From the NCBI GenBank assembly GCA_907165135.1, contig OU015566.1, forward strand, positions 10,664,001-10,728,000: a stretch of 64,000 nt of DNA, written 5' to 3'. The translations under genes were made by a program, and so were the position numbers. Of this stretch, positions 1-14,293 are shown piece by piece. The DNA is from Oikopleura dioica (lineage: Eukaryota; Animalia; Chordata). The notes beneath the pieces were generated by a model. The model was not told the origin of the DNA, searched no databases, and worked only from the letters and a program-made list of their open reading frames with translations. The first letter of the stretch is position 1, and each line of letters starts with the position of its first letter.

Positions 1-2368
1 TGGTGTGCTTCCTTTTTCTCACCTGCGGGTTCACAAATGTTCTTTCACTAAAATTAACCTTGTTTACGAAATATCAGATTTGAGATAGAAAATATTAGAC
101 AGTTTTCTTTAAAAACTAAAAAAGGGCAAACTGGTGTTATGGAAATATTTCCATGCTTCAATCGCAAGACCAAATCATAATCGAACCAAAAAGATACATT
201 TAGGTTTAGATTTTAGCAGCTTTTTGGCGCTATTCTTCACTGCTTTATTTTGGTGCGCGTGGATCGAACTTGTCAAGTTGATATTTATGCAATATTATTG
301 CGCGCGGCAAGAACGAAGCATGTAAGATAAGCAAGCGTTTGTTCACCGACAAACGTGCAATCTTGGCCCCTTGCCATTGCCCGGACATTTTAATGCCTTC
401 TCGACTTCTTATTATAAGTTAAAAACTGGCCGCGAATATATTGTCTCCAGCTTTTTTATATACAGATTTGCATTTTCAAAGGCAGCTCGCGTCAAGCCAG
501 ACATCCTCCCGTCAAGAAACTGTATTTAGAATTCGCATAAATGATGGAATTGCAATAAAAACGTCCAAAAAGAGCAACGGCTTGTTTAGGGAAGGATATC
601 AAAGATTGACCATGTCAAAAAGAGATTAGAAAAGTTTGACAAGGCTTAGCAGTTCTGGGAAATTCGACCTTGATGAGGACTAGAGTCCATGATTTTAGCT
701 CTTTCTCTCTCTCTAAGCAGATTCTAAGCAGCCAAAAGCCGCGTGCGGCTATTACAAAGGCTAAACAGCCTTGAGTATGAAAAAAAGAAGCTGACGGCTT
801 TGAGATCATGACTTTTCTTCTGGCATTCCACCAGATTCAAGATAGTTCATCGTTGAAAACAACTTCTGTTAGTGAAGATAAAGTGAATCCAATACAATCT
901 TGACGACTCCAACTCCTTCCTAAGCTCTTCCCAAAGGTGTTGGTCTTATTTCTAAGTTTGGCGCCATGCCAGGCCTCGCGGTAGCCATACTGCGGCCACG
1001 CCGCGTTGTGGCGCTGCTGCCCGATGTTCGAAGCGCTCGCCAGATAGTCGTAGTAGTAGTAGAGTCGAGTCGCACTCCTGACATTGTGCAAAACGGGGAC
1101 TTTTGTCGTTTTCCCCATGTCAATCGTAGTAGAGTGAGTAATTCGCTATTTCCCTAGAGTAAAGACCGCGCTCCACCCACACCACGAGACGGGGACACAC
1201 AGTGATCCCGTGACGCGCTCGTAGACAGCACACCCCAAGAAGAAATCCACAGAAATAGAGATAGAAAAAGAGAGAGGGACTTGAAATTCACTTACTTTCT
1301 TGGCCGAGAAATTCCATTTCTGGGCAAAGGTAAATGTATGCGTAAGCATAAACTTACCGACATCTTACATGTACCGTTGCTCAGAGACGGTCTCGCGCTA
1401 TTATCGACGATGCTGCTTGTTTTCCGTGGAATCAGTTATGACTTGATGTTGATTCTTGACTTGAGGCATAAATTCCTCTCTTGCGGTTGACGCACCTCAA
1501 GAATGTGAGATTTGGGCCACCAACGATGCTTTATTTCTTCAAATCCCATTCTGTATATTTTCCGTATCTGTCAGAAAAGCATATATAAAGCGGTAGAAAA
1601 TCCGGAGCGTAGCTGGCCCACCGCCAAATCATCTGATGCGCGACGCCGGTGTTGGCGCGCCGCCAAACTTGAGCTTGGCAGCGCTCCAAGTCGCAATAGA
1701 ATTTCTATCTTATTCCAGTTTCCACTCGGGGGCAAATCTCAGGACCAGGATCATCCGGCAGCGAAATTTTTTAAGTGTGTGTGTTGTAAAAGGCCGATTT
1801 ATGATTACGATGACGATTAATTGGAGAAGTTTATTGGTTTTATGGGGAGTTAAACTTGACATTGAAAACTTTTGGAAGAAAAAAATTTAGTAGACTTTGA
1901 AAATGTTAGGTCAACAAAATAAAGTGAGACTGACCGCAAGAAAATTTCACAGACAGGAAGTCATTCTTACGAACTGAAGCGTAACGAATCGGGCAGTTTA
2001 CTAAAGCTCAAGAAGTCGGCGAAGAATGAATATAAATATCGAGAGGCCTGATAAAAATATAAATTCTTATCAAGGACCTTCACAAACAAATCTGAGCAGG
2101 AGGAAGAAAATGAGATTTGACAGCAACTAGTTTAAAAGTGATGCAATAAAAAGGCATGTACAAAAGTGGAAGTGATAACTTGCGGGTGTTAATTTCGAGG
2201 TCAAAACCGGAGCTGACCCTGAACCTAGAGGTGTTGACGGCAAGCTCGCTCCCCATCAATCACAAGCTCACGAGATAATGCTCTGGCTAAGTCAAACAAT
2301 TTTAAAACAGTTTCTTCCGTCAGGTACTACTTACTGCAATAACCATGAGAAAACAAGAGAAATTTAAG

Positions 2369-3018
2369 ATGCGGCGACGATTTTGTCTCCATCGATGGAG
2401 AGGGTGGTCGGAATCGGCAACAGTAAGCGTTGATTTAGCAGACATCTTTTTAGCTGAGTTTAGGCGGCATATTTATTACAGTAACTGTGGTGCTGATTCT
2501 ATGGGTGACAAAGTTTTGGCTGAGAAAGCTACGATTATGGTGTCCGTTTCACAAATCAGGAAAGCATAGATCCCCAGGAGAAATATCGGTAGACGACGAT
2601 CTGGAAGCCGGCCCTGCACGACAATTAGTGGCGCCATACTCTGCATCGCCGTCGAAATATGCAAAAGGAAGACTTCCTCGAATGGCGAAGTCTGGTAAAT
2701 ACGTCCGCGGTGGTGTGATAGGAGGTAACTCTGGCTAATTGAATTCTTAGAAAGACACAAATTTCAGGACTTTCAATGGCCCTCTACGCAAAGGCCGCTG
2801 CTTCCGAGAAACGCTCATCAGTCACAATTCAAGAATTGCCGGAAGATCAGCCGCCAAAAAGAATGCCCAGACGATCGTCGCCGCGCAAGTTGAGCATGCT
2901 GCGCGAAAAAGCAGCACCAGCGCGACCACCGAATCCGCCGAAATCTTGGGTCGATGCCAGTTCTGGACGCGCGCCAGAACAGCAAGATAACTGCAACAGC
3001 GGATCATCATGCATATGA
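2369..3018 (+). CDS. Orphan single-pass membrane protein (3 exons, ~190 aa)
   Basis: ATG at 2369 directly after an AG (aatttaag|ATG). GT-AG introns join MRRRFCLHRWRGWSESAT to LSLGGIFITVTVVLILW (hydrophobic segment) and then in frame to the 2776-3018 ORF. No recognised homologue. Confidence 0.45.
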
Positions 3019-3864
3019 TATCAGGCCCTTATCATTCAGTGTTGTTACAAGCTATTTAAAATAAGCTATTTATCAATTATCATGATACAGAGTTAGTTTG
3101 ATTAGTTTTGTTTATTAAAAACCTGCCTGTACTAAATCTCATTCCGTTATTTGCGACTGTTTACGATTGATTGAAAACTGCTGGAAATAAATTGATTATA
3201 ATCAGACAGAAAGTCAACGAGAAAATAAATTTATTTACTTCATCGGAAGATAAAAGGGTGTACTGCTCATTTTTCATAAAGATTTCAAGGAAAAATCATC
3301 ATCAAACTTGTTATTTGGGATTCAAGAGGACAAAATGGAAGATAAAAATGGTATAACGAGTTGAGATTGCAAAAAATCATATAAGCGTAGTGTAAAGATT
3401 GTCTTCCTTGATTTCACGATGAATTTCCAATAACAGGCTCAAAGAGAATTTCTTCCGAGTTTCAATGAAGCAGGTTTGTCGAGAGGAGAGAGCAGCAAAA
3501 TAGATTTACGGGATACACATTTCTGTTTGTTTTTTTTTTGATCACGTGAAGATTGTGTTTCAATATTGTATAATAATAGTAATAATAAAATAATAAAACT
3601 TGAGTCAGTCTTTGTGTATTTTTTTTTATTTTTGTCGCTAAAATGGTTGCTTGTAGAACTGGGAATTTTAAACTGGATCTGAGAGTGTTGCCGAAATTGT
3701 AGCGTTTCGCAATTTTCGACTGGTGAAATTTGTGGGAACAGGAGAGGAAAGAGAAGAAGAAGAAAAAATAGTTCAAAACAGGAAAATAGGGGCTTTTAGG
3801 TGAAATACGATGATGTTTTTTCTTCTTCATCTTTCGATTGTTTTGCGAAAAATTAGAATAATCT

Positions 3865-4959
3865 TCATTCAGGACACGATGTAGTTGGGAGCTGAGCTTG
3901 AGCTGAGCGGTGCGTTGGATCCTGCCAAGCGTCCGCAGTGCGTTTTTCTGTACAGCTGGATTTCCTCGTCTGAAAATTTATGGTAAGGTTGTTGTCAGTT
4001 CCTTGAAAGACAGGGGATCTTGGTTTGGACTGCCATAATAAGCCCTCTCCTAAAAATTTTCTCACCTGAAAGAAATAAGTCATTATCGCAAATCGTTGTA
4101 TCGTCAATTTCATCCTGAAATTGTCGAATATGCTCATCGGCCCAGGTAGACAGGAGTCGCTTCAGGGAGTCGTCAGTAGTAAGCAGCAGTGTGTGAGTGT
4201 TTTCCTTGTTGTTTTCATGAGGCGGCGAAATTTCGTGGCGCTGCATTTTGCTCGATCGTTTTGTTGAAGAAGAGGAGGAGGATCGGCTGCGCGCGCTAGA
4301 AGAGTGCTGGAGTTGGGAGTTTGGGCAAGAGGCGTCGGAGAAGGAGGGCAGACTTTTCCAGTTGCTGGGAGTTGCCAGGAAGACATCGTCGCAAAGATCA
4401 TCTTGGTGAACAGTTCTTCTATCTAATCGACAGAGACTCAGCAATTCATCTGCAGGGTCGAAACTGTTCACAGAATCTGTATCGTGGCTCGACTGGTCCT
4501 GAATATAAATTTGACGAAAACGAATCGGAAATAGCTTCAGTATCAAGGTAACTTATTGTATTTTAGGACATAATTTGGATGAATAATCCCAAGGCTCCGG
4601 GATCTTATTTCATGATAATTATTCTTATTTTGGGCTCTGAAAATATGACGAGAAAGGACTTTTGTTCATGTTTTCAAGTCATTAAATTTCTTATACGATA
4701 ATCCATCAGCGTAAACGTAACTCGAGGGCGTGAGTTCATTGTTATTGATGAAACTGAATCAGCATCGAGCTCAAGATACGATGGGAGATGAACTTACATG
4801 TATAACAAGCTGATCAGGACGCTTGAGCGATTCGGGATGATGATGCTGGTGCCGCGTTGTCTGTTTGTACTTGACTGTCTTTTGAGCATTCTGGCGGGGG
4901 ACAATTCGAGGCCGAGGGCCACTTCGATTCTGAAAGAAATCAATTTTAACACGGCACAA
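3865..4959 (-). CDS. Possible multi-exon gene of unknown function (Ser/Asp-rich)
   Basis: 183-aa ORF 3995-4546 with protein-like composition, flanked by smaller same-strand ORFs and splice-like signals. Exon structure not resolved. Confidence 0.3.
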
Positions 4960-7900
4960 TAGACACGACGTTTTCCCGGCTCACACAATAAATTCTTTGA
5001 TTTCCTGAACTCACAAAAAACTTGATCCTTGGAATTCGCTTTCAAAGCTGTTTTAGGATTCTCAATGTTCTGTACTAAAGGGCAGTATTTATCCTAAACA
5101 AAAGTAATTGTTCTCGTCGATGTCTCCAAAAATGAAATAACCAGAAAATAGAGCCTCCTTCTCAAAATACACCTTGAGAAAAACCAGTTTCTAACTGTCA
5201 TTAACATTTTTATAAAAGCTATTCAAATAGTATCTCGATCTTGATACTGTCAGCTAGCTCTAGCAATGAAAGGTCGTTCACAGGAAGAAAATATACACTG
5301 TTGATTCAATATTCAGTACTATCTAACTGACTTTTAGCCAAAAATAATGACATTTTTAACTACTCGGCTTATAAGTCGAAGACTAATCGTAATGACAGAT
5401 CAAATAAGCGTCTCGTAAAGCAATAATCTTGAGTCAAGTATTCATAAAATCATTTTACGTCTCCCGCAATGGCTTGAAAACATCAAATCATTGTAATACT
5501 GAATAAATAATAATTCGACAAAACTGAATGTTAATTCGTTAACTCGAAAACAGGAAAGGAAATTATTAGTGTTATCTTATCGCGACATGCTAATTTATTA
5601 CGATTATGAGTCAATTGACCTCCCAAGTAGTCCTGGATAGTAATAAAAATCATCCTGACAGATGATTAAGTCGAGACATTAAAACTAGTGTGACCTTAAA
5701 ATTAAACCAAAGAAGCAATAAATTATGAATCTCTCAAAAATTAACAAATATTCCAGACATTGTCGCGCCTCTGGCAAAATGGAACATTGACTGTATGAAT
5801 AATCAGCGTAATTTATGTTGGATATCTGTATTGGCTTCCACGATTTCGCGGAAAATTCTGATGTACCAAATTCAATATTGCCTAAAGATTTGACGCATAT
5901 CCACTTCAATATATATGAAATACAGTCATTCAAATAAATACAGATTCATACAGTAAACACTGTACGTTATTCTCTCCTTGTGAACGTGCATGCACAATTT
6001 TAAGAGAGGGCTTTGCGTCATCTCGCGAGAAAAGAAGTTACTAATCCATTTGTCAATAATTTATGCGTTCAGTGATTTTGCCATGGCGGTAACTACAGTA
6101 ACAGCCGTCTGCGTGGGGAAATCATTCAGTCATGGCGAGTGAATGAATATGCAAAGGGATTAGTAACAAGTCTCCAAGTCGACAGGGGAAGTTTTATAAA
6201 CCAAATGGATGGGAAAGGGGCGTATTATATTTATGGCAACTTTGAAAGTGTTGGTGGGAAGATGATAGGGGAGTAATGAACTCGTTTTGCCGGATGAGAA
6301 AATTAAATCGGTAGAATATGCCGATACAATAATTGGATTGTAAAACAGTGGGCTGACTACTAATTTTGATACATATTTTGCAATACTACGTTATTCTAAA
6401 ATTTAATGAGTAATTAATTCAGAATGAGCGGAAATGCATCATCATCGTTTAGAATCATGTCTAACCTGGTTCAAATGGCGGCTATCGAAAAAACCGACGA
6501 CAATGACCAAAATCGCCATGGGAGTGAATATCGAGTCGACCAGTGGGCTGACAATGCACAGCCCGACCGCGGTAAGAATTAATATGCGCAATCTTTGCGC
6601 GTCCAAAGGTTCCATGATTTCCGTTTCAGAATCTATCACTTTGAAAAATCTCTTCGTTGATTTCGTTGTTTTTACTCTTTCGCCAGTTTATCGAGTCACA
6701 ATTTCTAAAAAAGAAGAGAGTAACTTTATGACCTTTTCATTTGCTGCCCGGGATCACCGTGACCTCAACTGACCTCGGACATGTAAATTCTAGCTTCTGC
6801 GATAGAATCTCTTTCTATAATTCTCTACAAGTTTTGGACTCTTCGAGGGAAAAAAGGGTGACGATTTTTTCAAGTAACGTTATTTAGTGGAGCGCGATTT
6901 TTTTAGTGAGAGAGCTCGAGCATTCAACTGGGGGCGCCGCCTCACAGAAGAAAAAAAGAGCAGCGCGAGCGGAGCGCTAAGCTGCGGTTCGAAAAACGAA
7001 CTGAGCTTGTGCATTCATCTCAATTAAATGAATCAAAAAGTTCAACTTATGTCTGGAAGAGCAGGTTGTTGTGGGGATATAAGTTGACAGGTTGAGTCAG
7101 AATTGAGTAATTTGAAGGCAACAGATCGTAAATCAATTTTATAGATGCACTATTCTGAATAGTCTATTCACCATCATCTTAAACCATCGAGCATGAGCCC
7201 TTATTTCTGCAAATTTCAATTTACGATTTAACAAATGATGGTACTAGAGCGCTTGAAAACAGTACAGTAAATTTTGACTTGAATTGTTTGAAGAGTGGTT
7301 AATATTGAAATGACTCGTTTTATGATAACTTTTATTATGCAAATTATAGAATAAAAATCAACGAGCCAAAAATCAAAGAATCGAAAATCTTCTTTTACTA
7401 GTCGAGCTTCAGAATCAATCAAAAGTATTATAAAGGGCAACTCGATTGCATCATGTTTGCAAATTTTAAGTTCTCCTAAGCAAGTCATTCCTATTACTAA
7501 GGTACACTCTGCTCAAACAAAATGCTACTCAAGTCATTACAGTTGTCAAATGATACCGTAACAAATTTGGTTGAATAGGAAACAATTTTGACAACCGATC
7601 AAAATGTGGGAATCTTAACAACTAAGCTAAACGACCGAGTTCAGTTTCAATTCGAACAAATCAATTGAAAACGTCAAGTCGAGAAATCGCGGCTTAGCAA
7701 AAAAATGAGAAACACGGTTTGCGCACTCATTTGGAAAGAAACAGACGGATGCCCAAGCGTCCACTTGACACTTGGAAAGCCATAAAATTCAGGTCAAATT
7801 TGGGAAGGGCGCAAATATGTCTGCAGGAATTAGCAGCGTAATTGTTGGGGTTCTCGTTTCTGGAAGAATGAATATTGCCAAAGGATCCGAAGGGGTTAAT

Positions 7901-9734
7901 TCAAACGGAGATAGGGTCATTTTATCTGAAAGTTTTACGTTTCCCATTGAAAATGCTGACCTTGGCAACTTGAAAGTAATCGCCTTCTATTCCTAGATTA
8001 ACGACTTTTTTACGGTCGTTAATACGGACCATATTATAAAAACATAACTTACGTAATTTTAACGCCTATTTCTCTTTGTTATGAAAAAGATGCGAAAAGT
8101 GCCTTGATGAGTTGCTGAAGAGCAAATCAATCGCCAAAAATGGGCGTTGAAACAAACGCACAATGGTGAGCAAGTGGCTCGTTCTCGAAAAGAGAGGAAG
8201 ACGAAGAGGGCTAAAGACCAAAAGAAACCAGTTTTGAGCATCTTTCTGTATTTCCTCAAGGGCGAAAATGTCGAAAGATCTTGGGCGCCCGTTGATTCAG
8301 AAAAAGTTACAGAAAGAATTAATTATAAGACCATTACCAAAGAGTTAATTAAGGGATACTCATCCCTAAATTGAGGACCTTAATGTTACTTCAGAAAAAT
8401 AAACTGAAATAGACCCTTTTCTCTGATAAAGAAGAGCCGCGGAGGTTTAGCATAAAATCTCTATAAAATTCAATGATTAGGATCCTCTGAGCTCTTTATA
8501 CGCCACTCAGTGCGCCGATATTGATTCTTTAACTATAATCATGGAACTAGTCAACCATCCCATGACGAGCATCACATAAATATATATTTTTATCTTTCAT
8601 TTTTATACAGATGCTTTTTTTCTAATGCCCAAAAAAGAGTGCAATTCTTCTTCGACCCTAAAAACAATTAGGGTTGCTAGCAACTGTAATTCACTGTAAC
8701 CACTTTCGAAACAATTTACAGTAGTTTTATCGCTGTATAAATAATAAGAACGGGGACCAATTTTTCTGCCAAAAAATCAAAATCCACCATTTTCTTTCAA
8801 GTATTCATCAAATATTGATGCTTGAAAATCGAGCACACACATTCGGGCCAATACAGATTACCAGATAAAAGATAAATGCGATGTTTAATCGATCAGATCT
8901 TGTTTAAAATTCAATGTACTCTTCCTTGATTTCATGAAAAGCTGCGCCTTTCGTATTTCGAATACAAAAAAGTGGAAAAATTAATCGATAATGCTAAAAA
9001 CACCCTTTCTTACCACCAGAAACGTAACATATCTACCACGGGTTCATTTACATCTCCCGTTCAGTGAGATCCGCAAGGGTTCGCCAGAAAGCTAGAATGA
9101 TAAAGGAGAAAGAAATGTTCAATTTCTATTTGATATGAAAAGTACATGTTTTTAATAATGAGTTATTAATTGAAAGTAACAGTATTTCATAACCAGGTAA
9201 TTTTTAAGGAAATTTGAGCAATATGTTCGACGGTTATAAACTATTCGGTGGCCAATATTTCGCTACATTTTTTTAAATAATGATTAAAAATATATATATT
9301 TCACGAGAATAATATTTTTTTCTCTAATTTCATTTTTCTTCTGATATCTTCTCATTTCTTAAATTCCATTTTCTCTATCCTTGATAACTATTCCGGAAGT
9401 TGTTAAAGAAGTTGCTTCATTTTCTTTCTGCTCGAGTCTTTTTTAAAATTTATCAATTTCGGACGTCATCTGGCTCGTCAGATTTTTGTCGACCACTCCG
9501 CTCGAGACGCGCCATTTTTGAAAGGTCACACAAATTGAGGGAACGAGGGGTCGACAGTTCTTTGCGGGTAGAACATGCGTTTTTCTCTCTAGATACCGGT
9601 AGAGGAAATCTCTAGTTCAAGTTTTGTTCGTGGAAGAGTTCAGGGAGGCCTTACGAAAATTCTAGAAAATAGCGAAAAATAAGACTCGATTCTTAGTCGC
9701 TCAATTTTCACGAAACTGGCGACTTCATAACCGT

Positions 9735-10110
9735 CCAGGGATTTTCGCTACGGAAGATTCGCTTCGCTTTCTTTGTCAAAAATATTAGGCATTCGATTAT
9801 CGAAACTTTCGCTTCGAAAGTCTTTTCGATACAAGCTTTTTATGGCGAAGATTCGCTTCGCTCATCTTTGTCATTTTCTAACGAGCTTGAGAAAGATAAA
9901 GGTGAGCGAAGCGAATCTTCGCCACAAAAAGCCTGTATCGAAAAGATTTTCGAAGCGAAAGTTTTAATTATCGAATACCATTGTATCTTCTTGACGAAAA
10001 ATCGAAGCGAATCTATGTCTTTCTCCAGCTTATTGAATAATGACCAAGATGAGCGAAGCAAATCTTCGCTACGAATCCTTTTTGTCGCGAAAAATCTTCA
10101 TTCCCCTGAA
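9735..10110. repeat. Degenerate nested palindrome / MITE-like foldback
   Basis: Inner inverted arms 9803-9872 and 9895-9964 (aaactttcgcttcgaaag...ctcatctttgtc vs gataaaggtgagcg...cgaagcgaaagttt). Further copies of gaagattcgcttcgct lie outside at ~9753 and, inverted, ~10052. Confidence 0.65.
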
Positions 10111-13100
10111 GATGCCCTTGTTTGACCAATTCTGCTGATTATTTCTCCTGAAGTGAATGCGTGATCTGCTCATTGAATAAATATTCCTGCTCCTGCTGAT
10201 ATAATCTGTGGTGTTGGAAATGAATTCTTGAGAAACTAGCCTCGGTGGAGGAGCTACTGCACAGCGTAGCGATTACACCACGGCGGCGCGAGCTCTAACT
10301 ACTTTCAACGTGGATAATTCAGTTATCGCTGAGTTTGGACGAAACTGCACCAGACCAGAGCGCGCTTCCAGCTCCCGCGCAATACTACTACCACCAATAC
10401 CACCACCATCACTTAGGGTGTCGCCAGTAATTTCATCTTCTCCAGGGCTGTTGATTCCGACTAAAAAATGACTAAAAAAGCCATTTAGGTGTCAATTAAT
10501 CTCACAAAAATATTTTCACCTGTTATAAAGCAGCCCGAGTAATTATTGTAAAGCGTAAACACGCGTTAATACTTGCGGGTTACCCGGAAAAAAGTCGCGA
10601 GTAATTTAAAAGGAGTCGAAATCAACAGCCCTAATCTTCTCGACATAAAGTTCCAAACGCTTGAAAATTCATTATTTTAGCAAAATACTCGGCATTTAAG
10701 ATATCATCATCAAAGCTATTTTCCAGACTTCGGGCTCAATTTTGATTGATTCGAACTGAGCTACTGATGAACACCGTATTATTCGATCTGTATTTTGATC
10801 AGAATTGATCACTCTTTTGTATTCTATCATATCATGGTCAATTATGGTAAAAGATAACAATTATTTCTCCAGGTACATTCTTTTTTCTACATCAACTCGA
10901 TCAAAATCAATCAAATATCAGCTTGGAGACCCTAGTATCCAGGAACCCAGCGGGCAGCGGGGGAGCTGGACCCGCTGATAAGTCGTAAATTCTTATCGCT
11001 TTACCATGTTAGTCGTGGAATCGAGGATTAGGAAATGACAACTTGTTACCAGTCTATTTTTGTAAAACTTATCATAGACCCCCACACTCGGAGACGATCA
11101 AAATTTACAAACAATTATGTCTTCTGGACAAATTCGAGCGTTGCGAATTCTGAAGTCGCAATCTTTTCACGTCGCAATTTTTTAAATATTTTGGCTTGAC
11201 ATAACAAGCTCTTCCTATTAATTTCGAAGTAACACGAAATTTAAAAGGGAGCGATAAGGCCTGAAAAAAGAATAGAAGAGTTTAAATTTTAAACTTTAAA
11301 AGTTTAAGAGGATTGCCTAATCTATCAAAGGAAAAAATCACCGTCAGAAGGGCCGCCCAAAGAGCCGTAAACAAGAGATTATGAATCTTTTTCGTAATAA
11401 ATGCTCATAACCGAATCTGAGTATAGGGAGAGTATTAGCGTTCTTCTGTATTGTCAATAGAGGAAGATTTTAAAGGGGGTTATCCTTCAAGCTAAGCCGA
11501 CGAAATTTCCAAGGGGAAAAGAACTTCCTGAAAGGTGAAGGAAGGTTTATTTTTGGGTGAGTCCAGAATTATGTCAGAGGGTGGACCCGTGAAATTTTCA
11601 GTTCTGCAGTACGGTCTAGTATCGCCTCCCGTTGTCCGGTGTGGTGGTGGAGCTATCTCGGCAGCAGCAGTGGTGTATGGCACCTGCGTTTTCGGGGGAA
11701 TACATCTTCGGAGGACCTCTGACACGGAGCAAAATCCGCCAGAGCATGTCCCTCGAATGATAACACCGTTCTAGAGCTCGCGCGGTCTTTTGTCAAAAGC
11801 TTCGAAGGCCTTAGAATAACGTGTTTGAGCGAGCACTTCCGCCCAAGAAATAAGAAATAATAACCACTTCGCAAGGAAGATGAATACATCAGCGATTCTT
11901 TCTGCGGATTTCTTGATATTCGAGATCAGGAAACGAATAACAAACGATTTCGAAAAAATGAAGAATTGTTGCTCAGAAGGAGAAAACAAGAACACTTGGT
12001 GTTTATTGCATTGAATCCAATATGTTTCGGACCCTCAAAATTCGCGTTTCTGAAAGCACTTTTCCAAGGGAAGAAATGTCAAAACCTCTGCTGAATTCGA
12101 GCAGAGTGGAGACTTTATCTATTTTAGTTGCTTTCAATGCTGAAGCCTTCGTTGATTGAACAGAGCGAGGGAACGTCAAGTGGAGAAGCGGTGAGAAAAG
12201 CGGATGTGTTTCATTGAAATTCTAGTGCTGAAATATACTGGAACAATCGGAACAATTTTGCTTTTTATATCTAAAATATGAAGAAGCGAACTTGGCGCAA
12301 TCCGTCTGCATTCAGCACGATTAGCCGATTCGCCCAAATCAAACAATTTGCAGCCAGCCCCATTGTATCATCAATAAACTAAACGATAATGATTCATTCA
12401 ATTTCTTTTTCTTCGTATTTATTACTCCGATTGGCTCGGTATAAACAGAGAGTAATAAGAACTAGAGCTTTATTTAGGCAAAACATGGTTGCTAATAAAA
12501 ATGTTAGTGAGAGCAAGAACTGGATTTCTATTTGGCGATAAATGAAGTAACCACGAGAAGAGTTATTCAATTTGATTCAAAGTCGCGGGTTAGCAAAGGT
12601 GGAAGATGATCTCAGTCAAGATTATTTTGACCAAAACGAATTCTGTAACCGACCGGCTTGTGCAAATATACATTGGCGGAAGTTGTAAACAATTTAATAC
12701 GCAACCTTTCCCCTAGCTCTTTTTGAAACAAAGTTATAAATAGAAAGTCATTCAAATACTTAAATTAATCACCTAAGACCCTCGTTTTTATCATAAGTGC
12801 TGATCCAGTGTCAAAATTCTAGGGAAATTTAAGCCATGTGTACTTAAAACTTTCAAGTGCTAATTTCCTTCATTTTTTGGAGCGGCAGAATTTTCACGAG
12901 ACTGTAATTTGGTTGGACCTGGACATCGCGGCGCCTTGATTCGCAGACCTTTTCTATCCCGACTTCCAGACTCCTCCTGTCTGATTCGAAGCAGGCGATA
13001 AATCGAAAATGCCGGACGCAATAATTGGCTCCTACTTCGATTCTTGCGAAATAAGGGAATGCGTTTTTTAACTCTTTCCTTCTTTCGAACGATTAACTCT

Positions 13101-13117
13101 CCAAGTTCATGCATAAG

Positions 13118-13733
13118 GATGATTTCAAAAAACTTTTTGTGGGGCCGGAAATCGTAAAAACTGCAAGTGCAGTTTTCTTCAGCTCGTCGAGACAAGTCGA
13201 ATGATGTGTCTAACTCCTGATAATTCGAAGGATTGACCGGTTTACCGGCTGGTTACCGGAAAATACGTTGTCACCGGCCGTTTTTGTTCTAGAAGTGATA
13301 GACAAATGTTTGACACCGGAAATCAGTTCTCCTGCAGGCTAAAAGATGAAGGTTTTATCAATACTCTGAAGAGAGTTATCACTAAAATACTATTTTTGGC
13401 AAAAATGGGACTAGAAATTAGGAACGTGCAGCAACAACAAAATTTTAGTAAAAATTACTTTTTTTAGTGATAACTCTCTTCAGAGTATTGATAAAACCTT
13501 CATCTTTTAGCCTGCAGGAGAACTGATTTCCGGTGTCAAACATTTGTCTATCACTTCTAGAACAAAAACGGCCGGTGACAACGTATTTTCCGGTAACCAG
13601 CCGGTAATTCGGTCAATCCTTCGAATTATCAGGAGTTAGACACATCATTCGACTCGTCTCGACGAGTTTGACAAAACTGCACTAGCACTTTTTTTACGAT
13701 TTCCGGCCCCACAAAAAGTTTTTTGAAATCATC
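13118..13733. mobile_element. Foldback (long-TIR) non-autonomous DNA element, GATG...CATC termini
   Basis: Near-perfect inverted arms 13118-13387 and 13462-13733 (~270 bp) with a ~74-bp spacer. AAG lies directly on both sides (13115-13117, 13734-13736). Confidence 0.85.
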
Positions 13734-14293
13734 AAGATTACCAGAACCATCCCCAGGATTGACGACTAGACATCAACAAAGATAGACAAATAAAATGTCG
13801 TATCTTTGTCCGGAAAGGTCTCATTGTTATCTTCAAGAAAGCTGGAAGAAACGCGAATTCAGCGGAGTCATTTTCAAAGGCGATTAGACGGGCAAAGCCG
13901 GAAAGTGATCATCGGGTGGAGATGAGCCCTGTCATCCGTTGTCTATTTCAACTCCCTCTTCAAGTGAGTGATTAACGTGGAGCAAGAATCTACTATCAAG
14001 TGTTCACTAAAATGAAACCCAAGAACGCTATTGGTATCTATACTTTTTTGGTATCTGAACTCTTCTTTCAAGCTGACGAAGGCAAGAATTGACGAGACGA
14101 AGGGTCATTAACGTGACTGGTAGGAGATAACGCAGCTTGAGCCTTGTTTGAACCCACCCATACTGGGCCTCGGATAATGACGGCTAATTGTGTGCTCCAA
14201 GAGCCTGTACTGATAACATCCGCCTAATCCCTCATTTTCTGAGTCAGCCTAATACTAAGTACGGAAGTTTTTTTTCATAAGCATTTATTTATT

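Noticed and set aside
8047-8056. Perfect TTACGTAA NFIL3/PAR site
   Set aside because: Single 8-mer ~11 kb from the gene; expected by chance in 64 kb of AT-rich DNA.
7740-8374. Synaptotagmin/C2-domain gene (ESFTFPI-like segment)
   Set aside because: Short resemblance only; frames contain stops and no consistent exon chain could be built.
9773-10125. Overlapping short ORFs on both strands (also at 43852-44436, 50362-50674, 51378-51795)
   Set aside because: They lie within inverted-repeat elements; mirror ORFs are a by-product of the palindromes.
12905-13000. SH2-like peptide WTWTSRRLDSQTFLSRLPDSSCLIRS
   Set aside because: Under 30 aa, closed by a stop, lacks the FLVRES core; probably chance.
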